64,000 nucleotides of DNA from Geosiphon pyriformis uo1 (GCA_016748015.1 JAAOMT010000227.1:56169-120168); one strand, 5' to 3'. Positions 39,501-52,677 are shown, counted from the first letter of the stretch. The notes: generated by a model from the sequence alone, not told the origin. Numbers and translations are program-made.

Positions 39501-40330
39501 CAAAACTATTAATTAATAAAAACATTTTTTTAACTGCCTAAATTTTTGCTGTTGTTAATTTTTTTTATTGCCAAGAGATTAATATTTAATGCAAATAATT
39601 TTTTGATAGCTATTTCTATTTAAGTCTTAATAATTTTTAGATCAACCTATTTTTTGTCCAAAGAAATATTAAAAGGAAATAAAAAAAACCTAATCTTTTC
39701 TTTCATATTAAAGTTGAAAAAACCAAAAAAAAGTCATAAACTATTTTAATATTAAATTTTTTGGCTTTAAAAATAGTAGTAGCTAAATCTAAGAGAGATT
39801 CATTATTAATATTATCCATAATAATACTATTTTTACCATTACTAAATTTACTATCAACATCTAAACACATGTTACTAGAACCAAACTTGATTAATAATAT
39901 TTTTTTTGTTATCAGAGTGTTTAACATTACCAAAAACAATCTTTTTTTTTGAAAAAAAAAGCTTTTTTAAGCATTTTTTTTATAGACATACTACTACTTA
40001 AAACAGTATTACTCAAATAAAAAACCAATTTAAAAGATATTGAAAAATGTAACTAAAAATATGATAACTTAAAAAAAATGTGATAATATAAAATAATACA
40101 GAATAATGTGTAATAATTCAAAATAACACAAGATAACACACAATAACATGAAATAACTAACCATAATATAAGATAACTAGTTATAATATAAAAAAATAAA
40201 ACAAAAACAGAAATAGCAAGTAATAACTAATAATAACAAATAATCAAAAACAATTTTGTAAAACTAGCAATATATATAAAAATAAGTAGTTTTAGCAAAA
40301 TAGAAAAAAGAACAGATAGAAAAAACTTAA
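36575..40330 (-). mobile_element. Decayed LINE (5' UTR, ORF1, APE, start of RT)
   Basis: Collinear with the LINE consensus (LILEPNLVK; ORF1 remnants); ~10-bp ataaca-type repeats in the 5' UTR at 40070-40240. Confidence 0.82.
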
Positions 40331-40482
40331 TATTTTTTTATTCATATTTCTTAAATTTACCTTATCTATATATTTATATTATCTCAAATAAAAAAAATAT
40401 TTAAAACTAAAAATTACTTATATATAATTTACAGAATCTGTGTTTAAAACCAAATTAATTATTTTCTTACCTTTGTTCTTAA

Positions 40483-41853
40483 TGTTATTTATAGAATATA
40501 AGTACAAGAAAAAAATAGAAAAAACAGATAGTAAAAATAAATCAATAAGAAAATAGTACCTAGTAAGTGAATACATTGTTAAAAAATTATGACACATTGC
40601 TCAGCAATAAGCACATTGTTAAAAAAGTATGGCATATTGCTCAGCAATAAGCACATTGTCAGAAAATTATGACATATTGCTTAAGAATATGTGAAATCTT
40701 ATATAATACAAATTATGTATATATAATAAAAGTATTAAAAATAAAAAAAGCAGATTTGAGAATTAGCAAAATTCAGAACAGTAATTAAAAATCAATAATT
40801 ATTCAATATTTTTTTCTTCAAAAAATAGTTTTCTATAACTTAAAATGAAATTATACTTATATCAATAAAATATTCATTATTATTTAATTCATATTTGCAT
40901 TATTTGATTAAAAAATATTAATTAATTTCATATTATTAACACTTTATGTTGATAAAATTTGATTTTTAACTATATTGGACCAATAGTTCTTGATTATAAT
41001 TTTTGATAAAAAAATTTTTTTTTATTTTTTTTTATTTTTTTTATTTTATTTTTTTTGTTGTTTACTAATTAATTAAAAAAATTAAGTATTAAGTATTTGA
41101 TGTCAAGGATAATCTAATAAAAAACCTGAAGACAAGAGTAAAAAACTTAAGAATAACTTACTAAAAAAGCATAACTATTAGAATAAACCAGTTATTATGC
41201 TAAAAAAAAATTTACAGAAGACAACTATTAATTGAATTTCTGTTCATTATATAAAAAACTTAACTAAAACCTTTAAACTCCAAAACTTTTAGAAATTACT
41301 AATATTAATTGCCATTAAGCATCAAATTACAGATTTGTTATTTGTTTTAACACTTTAAATAATTACTTGTAATATTTAATGCTTTCTATAAAGTATAATC
41401 TAACAGAACCAACACCAATATTTATCATCTAAAAAAGTGTCAGAACCAGAAATAATAAAAACAAGCCATTTAAGATTTGCAAAATTCTTATTTCAATATT
41501 ACTAAACTTATCTAAAACTAATAAATAATTATTGGTCAACAGAATTAGCTTTTAACTTCTATGTTAATAAAAAAATTATATTCTACTTAAAAAACCAAGT
41601 AGATTCAGAAGCTGCTTTAAAAAATTTCTATAGTAAATTACTCCAAAATACTACACTTTTACAAAATTATTTGTTCATCCACTAATTACAAAGATAAATT
41701 ATGAAATTAAGAATTACATTCAATAGAAATTTTTTATTACCTTTATAGACAAAGATAAAAGAGAAATTATAAATTTCAGCAAGAACTCCAAAGAAAATAT
41801 AACTGTCTACTTAAAAAAAACCAAGAATTGTTTTACCTATTAACCTATTATAC
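40483..41853 (+). mobile_element. Family B variant B3: 5' LTR (40483-41374), PBS and gag N-terminus, interrupted by element A2
   Basis: tgttatttatagaatataag...tgtaata; decayed PBS tttaatgctttctataaag; gag collinear with 46350-46808. Confidence 0.85.
40568..40690 (+). repeat. Three ~40-bp tandem repeats (alternating ~20-bp cacattg subunits) in the B3 U3 region
   Basis: gcacattgttaaaaaagtatggcatattgctcagcaataa repeated about three times. Confidence 0.85.
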
Positions 41854-42521
41854 TGTTATGGGTTGAAGTAACAAGCTAACAGATAGCAAGGGAGAACAGA
41901 ATTGTAAGGTGATAAAAAGAATCAAAGAGAATTCAACTTCAAAGAGCGAATTAAATAAGTATAAATTCAATATGTAAGATTAGTCTCATAAAATATCTCA
42001 ATTGCTATATTTTTCAAAGATAACCAGGGAATCTGAAAGTAAAAAGATAGTCTGTACTGTCAACAAATGATCATACACTGATATAATTCTATGCTTTATG
42101 TTGGCATTCTTAGAATTTAATATTAGATATTAGATTTACTCTTCAGTCACATTTTATTCAATAAACTTCAAATGCTGCAATTACACATTTTAGAAAAAGA
42201 GTAAGGAATAATCAACAAGTAATTTTTTATCCCAAGATGTTTAAATACTTGAAAGTAAGGAAAGGGAAATTAGCAATAAAAGAAAGATTAAGATGAAAGT
42301 TGTTATTTTATTTATTTAATTTTCTTGATTTTTTATATGCTTTTCTACAGTTAAGAGATTTATTGCTTATATAGCTATTAAAAGTAGTCAATGATCAGGT
42401 CTATAATTAGGTTATTGATCAGGTTAATAATCACTTTCTAAAAATAAAGTGGCTAATTTATATGACATCAGTGGCTAATACATGTGATAATTAATAAGAA
42501 GTATAAGTTTCAACCATAATA
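41854..42521 (-). repeat. A2 3' LTR
   Basis: + strand begins TGTTATGGGTTGAA and ends TTCAACCATAATA (terminal inverted repeat); homologous to 1481-2132. Confidence 0.92.
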
Positions 42522-43146
42522 TTATCTTTTCCAAAGAGATTAAGCTCTGGCAAAATCAAGCTATTCATAATATAATCTATTTGAAGAGTTTTATTTAACT
42601 CAAAGCTAACTAGTTTGTTGAAGTTTTTTGTGGATAAAGTATATAATACTTGAAGTAAAATAAGTTTTGTATTCAAGAGACTAAATCTTTGTATTAGAGT
42701 TTTGGCTCTTTTAGCAATAATTAAAACTTTTGAGACATCTAACTGTATAATTCCAAAATTTCTGCCTGTATCTCTAAAATTGTTTTCTTTATAAGTTTCA
42801 TATCCTCTATAATTTCACTAAAGTAACTATAAAGTTTTAATTGCCTTCTATATGACAAGTTTTTGTCTATAAATAAGATTTTTTGGAGTGTTTTTTCAAT
42901 TGTGCTAAAAGGTAGGAATATAACTGCTGTTATATTTTCTAACAGATATTTATTTATTTTGCTACCAATTTTTTCTCTTCTGGTAATAGTTTTCTTTGGT
43001 CTAATAACAGTATGTATTCTACTGTTATCAGTTATAGTAATTTGTTTTCCAATGGTCAGAGTAGCATTTGGATAGTTTTTGATCCAATACTTATAAAGAG
43101 TATAGAAAGCATTTTGAATGTTTTGATTCAGAAAATAATTGTTCAT
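42491..43146 (-). pseudogene. Family A ORF3, second copy
   Basis: MNNYFLNQNIQNAF..., nearly identical to 855-1526 apart from a frameshift near 42750. Confidence 0.75.
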
Positions 43147-43189
43147 GTCGATTGAAGATACCTCTGTTTTGGAAATGGTGTATTTATTT

Positions 43190-45468
43190 ATACTTAATTT
43201 TTGTTGATTATTTGAGTTGGTATTACCACAATAGGCAACCAATCAGGTCGTTTATGATATTTTTTGAGTCATGTACTATGAATAAGATGATCATTGAAGA
43301 TTGTTCTAAATTGATCTTGAAGAATATAAGAACTATTGTTTAAAACTTTGTTAACTATTAAAAGTTCTTTTTATTGGCTAGAAAATTTATTACCATAGAC
43401 ATTGTTTTTGTTTGAACAGTATTCTAATACCAAGTTACCAATACTTAAAGAAAGTGTTTTATAGGTTTTTATTTTCTTAAGCTTTTTTTGGAACTGTTTT
43501 ATCTTTTCAAAAGCAATTATTTGTGCTTTTACCAAGGAGTCAAGAATGATACCAAGTCTTCTTTGCAAAATGTTTTTGTAATTTCCTATTGTAATTTCTT
43601 TAAAGAATATTGTCTCAATATTAGTTTCTATTAGTAGTGTTGCCATGTATTCATAGAGCAGATAAAAAGATTTATAACTTATTATGTCATAATTTACAGT
43701 TCTATAAGCAAACAAAGCTGAAGGCAGTACTTTGTTCCATAAGTTTGTTTCTTTACTGGTTTTGGCTAGGGTTTTACATAGTGTTCTATTGAAATATTCT
43801 ACTAAGTTATTTGTTTAAGAGTGATAAAAAGAGGAAAGTTTATAATGTATTCCCATTTTTCTACAAAGTTCTTTAACCAGTGTACTAAAAAAAGCTTTTT
43901 CTTTATCAAATAAAAGTTTTTTAGAGCAGCCATAATGGCAAATAATATCTTCATAAATGAAATTGGCTATTGAAACTGCTGTTTGGTCAAAAGTGGCTTT
44001 TGCTTCTATCCACTTTGTAAAATAGTTAATAGTTGTGATAATATATCTGTTGTCATCAGAAGTTATTGTTAAAAGTCTAACAACATTTATACCAATTCTG
44101 TCAAATGGTTGACCAATAGAGATTGGATAGATATCTTTTTTGTAATTAAGTTTGCCTCTTTTTTAACAAATATTACAGGTTTTAATGTATTCAGCAATGT
44201 TTTTTTCCAAGATAGGCCAATAATAATGAGCTAAGATTTTCTGAATTGTTTTTGTTTTTCCAAAGTGTCCAGCTAATGGGTCAATGTGTATGTTGTATAT
44301 TACAATTTCTCTTTTTTCAAATCTGATAACTCTTTGGAAACAGTCAGGATTTTTTTTGTTTCTTTAATATAATTGGTTCTGGTGAATCAAATAGAAACTT
44401 GATTGTTTGTACAAATGTTCTCTTTGCTGTCGAGTGTATTTTGGTGGGTATTGTCTTTTACCCAAAAATTCTATTAAGGCAAAGTAGTTGTTCAAATCTA
44501 TTATCGTGTTTGTTTATGAAGGAATTACTAATAATTAAGTTGGTTTGGTTTAAGAGATTGTATTATCACTGAATAGTAAGTCTAAAAAGAGCATTAGTGT
44601 TTTGATAATTTGCTTTTTTGTGGTATTGAATATTATAGTCAAATTCATCTAAGTGGAGTATTCAGTAAGTTATTCATTTGTGTTCCAGCTTCTTTTTATT
44701 GTACAGCCAAACCAAAATTTAATGATCTGTTATTACTAAGAATTTTGCACCAAAAAAATATTAATCCCAGTAACTAGTAGCCCAAACTACTATTAAGCAA
44801 TCTTGTTCAGTAACTGAATAGTTTTTTTCTGCCAGTGTGAGAGATCTACTGGCCATGTTTTCTGCCATTTTCATTTTTCTATGAAAAGACAGCACCAAGT
44901 TCATAGCCAGATGTATCAGTGTAGAAAATAAAAGATTGGTCCAGATCAGATTGCTTGAAAATTGGTTTAATAATAAGTTTTTCCTTTAGAATTTCAAAAG
45001 TTTTTTGTTGATGAGTGCTTCAGTAATAATTGACATTTTTTCTGAGTAGCTGATTGAAAGAAAAGGCAATTTTGAAGAAATCCTTAATAAATTTGCGATA
45101 GTAAGAGATCAAACCAAGGAAAGAGCATAGTTTAAGAACATTTATTGATTGTCTAATGTTCTGAACTTTTTTAACTTTAGCTGGGTCAGGGAAGATTCCA
45201 TCTTTTGTAATAAGATGGCCAAAGAACTAGGTAAATTGGCATCTAAAGAAAGATTTGATTGGGTTAATTTTAAGGTTAGCATTTCTGAGCAGGTCAAAAA
45301 CCTTTTATAAGTGTTCAAGATATTCATCCCAGATTTTTGAGTAAACTATTATGTCATCTAAATAGACTAGAACAAAGTTTTTTTATTGATTCAAATACTT
45401 TGTCCATTAGGCATTGAAAAATAGGAGGGGCATTGGTGAAACCAAAAAACATGATTGTGAATTCATAG
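43190..45468 (-). pseudogene. A2 pol: RT C-half, RNase H, integrase
   Basis: VYLDDII, FYTDTSGY, HIDPLAGHFG..CNIC, rve core. Confidence 0.9.
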
Positions 45469-45472
45469 ATGC

Positions 45473-46319
45473 TGTTACTCATAGAACATAAAAAGTATAT
45501 TAGCATATAAATTAGCCAATCAGAAGTAGCCGCAGTAAATGTGAAATTCCAGAATTCTTCTTAAGAGGAATTGCAGGATTCCAGGAATTTCAGGTTTCTC
45601 GTACAAAGAATCGCAGAATTCCAGAATTCCAAGATTTTTTTCAAAAGGAATTGCAGAATTTCAGGAATTCCAAATTTCTGGTGTGAAGAATTGAGGAATT
45701 GAGAAATCTCAATTATGTATATATAGCAGTAGTGTTAGAAATAGAAAAAACAGACCTTTTAGTTTAGATTTGATCTAAAACAACTTTCTATTTATAAATA
45801 TCAATAAATAATTATTCTATATTTCCAATCCATTTTCTACTATTAACACTTTATGTTGATAGTAATTAATACTTAACTACACTAGAACAATAGCTCTTAA
45901 TCACAGCTATTGACAAAATACTAATTTGCAATTGCTTTTGTTAAATTTTTTATTTTTTTTTATTTCTTTTGTATTTCTTTTTAATTGACCAATTGATTAA
46001 GGATTAAAGCACTAAGTTACAGACATCATAGAGACTGGTAAAAAACCCGTAAAACAAGGGTAGAACATTTATAGATTTAAGAATAGCTTACCAGGAGGAT
46101 TACATGTCACCATACTGAGAAAGAAATTTGATAGAATTGCAATTTCGGGAGGCTATTAAAACAACTATTGAATCTCTGTTCATTATACAAAGAACTCAAC
46201 CAAAACTTTTAAATACAAACAACCTTTAGATTACCAACACCATCATTGCAAATAGCTTCTAAGCACCAAGTTACGGGTTTTGTTATTTGATTTGAGACCC
46301 TAAATAATCACTTGTAACA
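45473..46319 (+). repeat. B 5' LTR
   Basis: TGTTACTC...TGTAACA; aligns with the 3' LTR once the nested insert is removed. Confidence 0.95.
45510..45730 (+). promoter_or_regulatory. Putative LTR promoter: CCAAT box, ~4 GGAATTGCAG/GAATTCC repeat units, TATA box
   Basis: agccaatcag ~45513; repeat array 45541-45715; gtatatatag ~45717; same layout at 52970-53185. Confidence 0.55.
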
Positions 46320-46338
46320 TTTGGTGCTTCCTGTAAGG
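46320..46338 (+). other. PBS, probably complementary to elongator tRNA-Met
   Basis: TTTGGTGCTTCCTGTAAGG; consensus with B2 is TGGTGCTCCCTGTRAGG, resembling the reverse complement of eukaryotic tRNA-Met(e) 3' ends. Confidence 0.65.
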
Positions 46339-46349
46339 TATAATCCTAC

Positions 46350-48468
46350 AGAGAACCAGCACCAACAACAATTATCCAAAAGTGGCAGAACCAGAAAACA
46401 TAGAAACAAACCATTTAAGATTTGCCAAATCTTTGTTCCAACAGTATAGCCAACAACTGGAATTAAACAACAACCATTATCCAGCAGAATCTGCTTTCAA
46501 CTTTTATGTCAATGAAAAGATCACAAACTGTCTAAGAAGAACAATTGACATTAAATCAGCAAGAGAAAACTTTTATACAGAATTATTTTAACACACCAGC
46601 TTACAAAGAAATCACAGTTTCACACTAATCATTAAGGAAATTAATTAAACCATTGAAAGATATACACAACAACAATTTCCAATCACTTATGCAAACAAAA
46701 GAAAGAGAAGACTACAAATACCAACAGTGACATCAAAAGGGATCCAACCACCCACTTGGAAGAAAACTAGAGTTGAATTACCAACAAACTCATCATACCA
46801 CTATACATTTGGAAGCACCATTAACATTTCATTAGCAGGCAAATCCACATCAAACACAATATTAACATTTGGCCAACTCCCATTTTAAAGTAAACAAAAG
46901 AAAGCAGAGTTATTAGAGACTTATGGCAATTATTTTGAAGAATTTAAATCATGATCAACCACCCCATCAGAATACTGATTAATGTCACCCCAACCAGACT
47001 TTGGAATAGTTGACCCATAGAAATTAATAGAATCAGAAGAGGAGGAAAAAAAAGAAACCAAAGATTAAGAATTTACTTACCAAAACCCAATTCCACAAAA
47101 TCCAGACATTAAAACCCCAAACTTTTAGACTTAGCAAAATCCAAATTTAGAAAATCCAGAAGTTAAAACTTTGAATTTTCAAATTCAGAAAAATCAAAAC
47201 GATCAAAATTCTGAAATTAATAATCAAAAACACTTATCTTCAGTAATTGTTACCAACCAATCACCAGTTGCTTAACAACAACAGCCATCACTGCAATCCC
47301 AAATTTAATTATCACTTCAACTACCACAGCAACTAAATTTGAATTAAAAGGCTTATGCTCTAATAGTGAAACTTGAAAAATTCACCAGCAAAAAAGACAA
47401 TGCCCAAGTATGGCTGAATGATATGGAAAAAGCCATTGCAGCCAATGGATAGAATAACACCAAAGCCATGCAAGCCATTCCCTATTTTCTCCAGAATACT
47501 GCCAATTCATGGTACCAAAGCTTGGTTAACAAATCCCAAGATTTCAATGCCTTTAAGCTTGCATTCTTACAATATTTCAGTAATAATAATAGCATCAACT
47601 GATTGGCAAACACTTTTACCACCATCAAACAAAAAGAAAATAAAGCAGTTACTACTTACTTAAAATGCTTCTACAGAAATCTGCACCAAATCTAGGCCAT
47701 ACAGGCTGATTATTTCACAGTATTACAAATCCTAAATCAATTCATTAAAGGCCTGCACAGTAGCATTTTCTAATGCATACATCCAATGCATCGAACAGAT
47801 CTTTAAGCTGCCATTATAAATGCCAGAGATTTTGAAGCAGCTAAACTTAAAGCTAACCATGCTTAAACTGTTAATCTAGTGATAAATAGATCATCTGAAT
47901 TGGATTCTAAGTTGAAACAATTCAGTAATTTTATCAACCAAAAATTAGAGAAATACTTAGCTAACAATTAGGCAATTTATCAATCCCCACAATGATGCAA
48001 TAATCAAGAAAACACAAATCATTTTCAGAATCAGTCATGTCTATTATCTTCAACCAATCAACAGTAGCAGCAAGAGACACATGTTTGCCACTACTGTAAT
48101 AAACAAGAACATTTGAGATTTGACTGCAGGTTAAAAATAGAAAACCAATGATCAAAAAATCAATACCAAAACCCTGATTGCCAGTTTCAAACTTTGAAAT
48201 ATCAACCCAACTCAAAAATATATCAATCAAATTACCTATCAATGATGCAGCTGCCAATTTATCAACTACCAGTATATCAAACTCCACTCTATCAACCAGC
48301 AGCACCAGTTATTTATCAACCACAGTCACAAGTAATATATTAACAACCACCAATTCTAACACCACTATCAAACTCAGCTCAGATAACATCAGAAAATCCC
48401 AGATCAAGAGTTACCCAAAACTGAAGATTGGCAATGGTTGTTTACCAACTAATTCTCAGCTCATCTAA
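46350..48468 (+). pseudogene. B gag (long N-terminal extension, capsid-like domain, CCHC knuckle, S/T-rich tail)
   Basis: KLEKFT..AQVWLND.EKAIAANG; QFIKGL; CHYCNKQEHLRFDC ~48085-48128. Confidence 0.85.
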
Positions 48469-48719
48469 CCAGCCATCAAGATCACAACTACAGAGTTCAG
48501 AAACTGGGTATACTCAAAACCCGAGTTCCCAAAACTATTTAAGCCTTCTAGTTACCTCAGAAAACGTTTCATCCAACAACTTAGAGACAAACCAGAAATC
48601 ACTTATTAGCAACATATTACCAGCCACTGTTATAGAAAACGAGTCACTCGCAGCTATATTTCCCTTCAAAATTGAAGAACTGTCAGTAACTTCTTTGTTT
48701 AGTAGAGCTGCACTTGAGG

Positions 48720-49100
48720 AAAAACCAATTACCACTATGTACACTAATGCCAAAGTAGATGATCACACTATCAAACTCATCCTTGATAGTAGGTTAGCAG
48801 ACAGCATTATCACATGACAACTCATAAACTAATTAGGTTGCCGAGTTGATTGTGCTGCCAGTGCCAGGATAATAACAGCTGATGGAGTAACCAAGACTCC
48901 TATTAGCAAGATTGATAACTTTTTCTTTAAAGTAAACAGTATTATTACTCCAATCAAAGTTTTGGTAATGAAGACTATGCAGTACCAAGCACTAGTTGGT
49001 AATGATTGGCTAGTTAAAACAAATGTCATGCTTGACTAAAACACACAGAAACTACAGCTTAGCCAGAATAGCCAACACACACGGGTACCTATCACATGTG
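48720..49100 (+). pseudogene. B aspartic protease
   Basis: KLILDSRLADSIIT (decayed DSG) and ALVGNDWL. Confidence 0.85.
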
Positions 49101-50340
49101 AACACTTTAAACTCATCACCATGTCATCAGCCCCACTTATCAAATTCGAGAAAGAAAAAGAGAAACCTACTTGGGAAGCCTATCAAGTGTTCTGGGCCAA
49201 CAAAAACCACAACAAGCTACCACCAATACTTTCTTGGGATGACAATAGAAAAGGAAAATAAAAGGAAGAACTTACCTGAAATGCCAACCAAGTCTGGAAA
49301 CCAACAACAATTAGGACAAACTAACAACTTGGAAGTGGAAAGAAGACAATTATGAGAGAAAAGGGAAAAAGAAGGAAGAAAATTTAACACCTACCACTAC
49401 TTACCATCCATATATTTACACTCAAACACAATTGTCTAATTATTGTCAATTGAAACTAGAGTGCATTGATTGCAGCAAGAAATTGTTGTCAATAGATGCA
49501 TGCTGTGGTGATGATAAGAAATACTAAATGGCAACCAAGTTCTACTGTCATCTATGTGTCGTAAAATGCTTTAGAAGACCAAAACAAGTTGGAAAATAGG
49601 ATAATCAGCCATGCTTGGCTTGTGAAAAAACTCTTCTTGATGAAGGAATGTGGAATGACATTTCTGGAAGAGGAGGAACATGTGACAAATTGTGTTAGTA
49701 CATGATTCTCATAAGTGACTGGATAAGAAAAAAAATGCCCATAAACACTGCCTAGAGACAAACAGTTAAGCACTTGGATGGATATTCACACAATGATGAC
49801 AAAATTTGGCAAATAGCTCTTGCCAAAATCAAAGGAGTGTTACCAGAAGAAATAAAGATGATCAAAAATAATCTTCCAGAGCCAATAAAACTTGACTGGA
49901 ACCCAGAGCCAGTCATAAATCTACTAGATTCAGAACAATTCCATAAACACTACCAGAAATTAGCATCTATTAGAGAAGAACAAGAGCAATGATTAGAAAA
50001 AATAAACACAAGACTATGTGATTACTGTCTGATTTCATGTAACTTCCAATATTATAATGAGTGTGACTTCATTTACAATCCACTACCATGCATAATCTAC
50101 ACAATCCCGGAAGAGAAAAAACCAATCAACAGCTGCACATTGGAATTGGAATCAAATTTTAATTTTAATTCAAACTCTGACAATAACAATGACAAAAACA
50201 CTGGTTCCAGCTCCACTCAATATAGCAACAAAAATGACAACAATTTGAACTCCAATTCAAATCTTGAAACATACATTGCACTTTTTGATCTCTTCAAGGA
50301 GCAGGAACTCAGATAATTCAGTAATAATAATGAAGATATT

Positions 50341-50740
50341 ATGCCCAAATGCATGCATGATACTGATACAGGGTTTGATCTGAGATATCCAGAAAAAGTT
50401 GTCATCAAATTAAAACCACATTTGTGCATTTGCATTGATCTCAAAATAGCACTAAAAATTCCAGCAATGACAATAGTACAGTTAGCATCTAAGAGTGACT
50501 TAGCAAAAAAGGGAATTAACATTAGAAAAGAAATAATTGATGAAGGATACATAAAAAATATCATTGCTATGCTACAAAATGATTCAGAAAAAGCATATAT
50601 TATAGATCCAAACAAAAAAATAGCACAGGCAATATTTCTACCTCTGGTGAAAATAGCTCAGTTAATGTCAGTAGAAAATAAGAAAGAATTAGAGATTACT
50701 GCTAAAAAGATACAGGGTTTTAGATCCACAAGTAGAATAG
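50341..50740 (+). pseudogene. B dUTPase domain
   Basis: Decayed motifs I-V: TGFDL, SKSDLAKKG, IIDEGY, KIAQAIF, QGFRST. Confidence 0.9.
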
Positions 50741-51279
50741 ACATACCAGTTAATATGGCAGAAGAAAAAATTATTAACAAGGAAAAAATTATCTTCACTT
50801 GTCAATCAATTTCTATTCCACCATATGACTAGTATATGTTAGCCATAAAAGGAGAAGTAAAGAATCAAGTTCAGTTGTTTGAAGCAGAAGCCACCAGTTG
50901 TAAATCAGGAGAGATTGGACTCACTAATTTTTACATACTAACCAAAAGCCACAAAAACATTAAAATTTCTATCTACAACACAACCAGAAATGTCATCAAG
51001 ATACCAAAAGGAACTATCATTAAATATTTAACCACTAAAGTTGAAGATCAACCACCAAACTACATTCCAGATTTTCTACAGCTTTGTGAATATGTAGACT
51101 TCATATCACAAATCATTTATGAACAAAATAAATGTTATTTGCTCCAACCAGAACAATTGAAACAAATAAATCTGGAAAACTTAGACTCACTTCAACAGAT
51201 ACAACTCAAAATGTTACTCAACAATTTCAATGACATCTTTGCTAGCAAAAACAAATTTGGTAGAACTAACATTATCTAA

Positions 51280-52555
51280 CATCAAATCAAGACTGGAGAT
51301 GCAATGCCAATTAAACAGAAAACATACAGAGTATCACCAGCTAGCCATAAGATCATTTATCAAAAAATCAATTAAATGCTTAACAATAAGCTAATTCAGC
51401 CATTAATGAGTTCATGGTTATCATCAGTGGTACTAATTTGTAAGAAGAATGGAAAAATCTGCTTTTGTGTGGATTACCAAAAACTAAATAGAATAACAAA
51501 AGGGGACAGCTACCCAACTCCAAAAATCCAAGAACTTTTCAATGCTTTTGGAGGAAAGAAATGGTTTTTAACTTTAGACTTAGACAGTGGTTACTGACAA
51601 GTAGCCATGAAACCAGAAAACAAAAAGAAAATGGCTTTTACAACTCAGGAGAGAAACTTTGAATTTGAAGTAATGCCATTTGGCTTGATGAACACTCCAG
51701 CCACTTTCCAGTGACTTATGGAAATTGTTTATACTGGACTACTATAAAAATCAGTAGTTGTATATTTGGATAACACCAATGTGTTCTCAAAAACATTTGA
51801 TGATTATTTGCATCATCTCTAATAAGTGTTTGAAAGACTAAAAAGAGTCGGATTAAAGCTAAATGCAACCAAATGTTTCTTTGAAAAAACAAAACTCAAG
51901 TTTTTGGAACATGTGGTAAGCAAAGACGGAATCAAAATAGATTTAGACAAGATTGAGATTGCCAAGAACTTTTCAATACCAAATAATCTTACAAAATTGA
52001 AAGTATTTTTGGGATTTGCTGGATACTACTACTGCTTTATCAAGAACTTTTCCAAAATAGCTCAACCATTACACCAACTTCAAACAAAGAACACCAAATA
52101 TAAATAGACAGAAATTTAGCAAGAAGCTTTTGATATATTAAAAAGAAAGCTTATTTAAGCTTCAGTACTGATCTATTTGGATCATAGCAAGCCATTTATA
52201 ATTACAACTGATGCATCTGGTCAGGCATTAGGAGCAGTATTATCTCAGAAAAGACCAAACAGATGAGAACATTCAGTAGTTTATATAAGTAGAAGCTTAA
52301 GTTCAGCTAAAAAAAACTATGGAACTCCAGCACTGAAATACTTAGCTATTTATTGGGCTGTCACCAAATGGAAAAAATACTTGAGTCAAAAGTTTGATGT
52401 ATACACTGATCACAAAAGATTGACTTCAATCCAGAAGCAAAAATTTGGAAATAATTGCTATGCTAGATGGAAAATAGAACTTTCACTATTCAATTATACA
52501 GTACATTACAAAAAAAGAAAAAAAAACAGAAATGCTGATGGTTTGTTGTAGATAA
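51280..52555 (+). pseudogene. B reverse transcriptase and RNase H
   Basis: CFCVDYQKLN, TLDLDSGY, MPFGL, YLDN (decayed YLDD), TTDASG, YTDH, NADGL. Confidence 0.92.
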
Positions 52556-52677
52556 GACAAATCTAAAAACATTTCAACCCAAAAATATAACAAAACATGA
52601 ATATACAAAAATACCAACAACTTTAACATTATATAAATACCCAATTGTTCAAAAAAAAATTATCTCAAAAAGAACAA

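Noticed and set aside
40568-40690. CRISPR-like appearance of the 40-bp repeats
   Set aside because: No unique spacers and no cas genes; they are head-to-tail repeats within an LTR U3
1-44000. A1 and A2 as arms of one giant inverted-repeat DNA transposon
   Set aside because: They are independent opposite-orientation LTR element copies with different flanks
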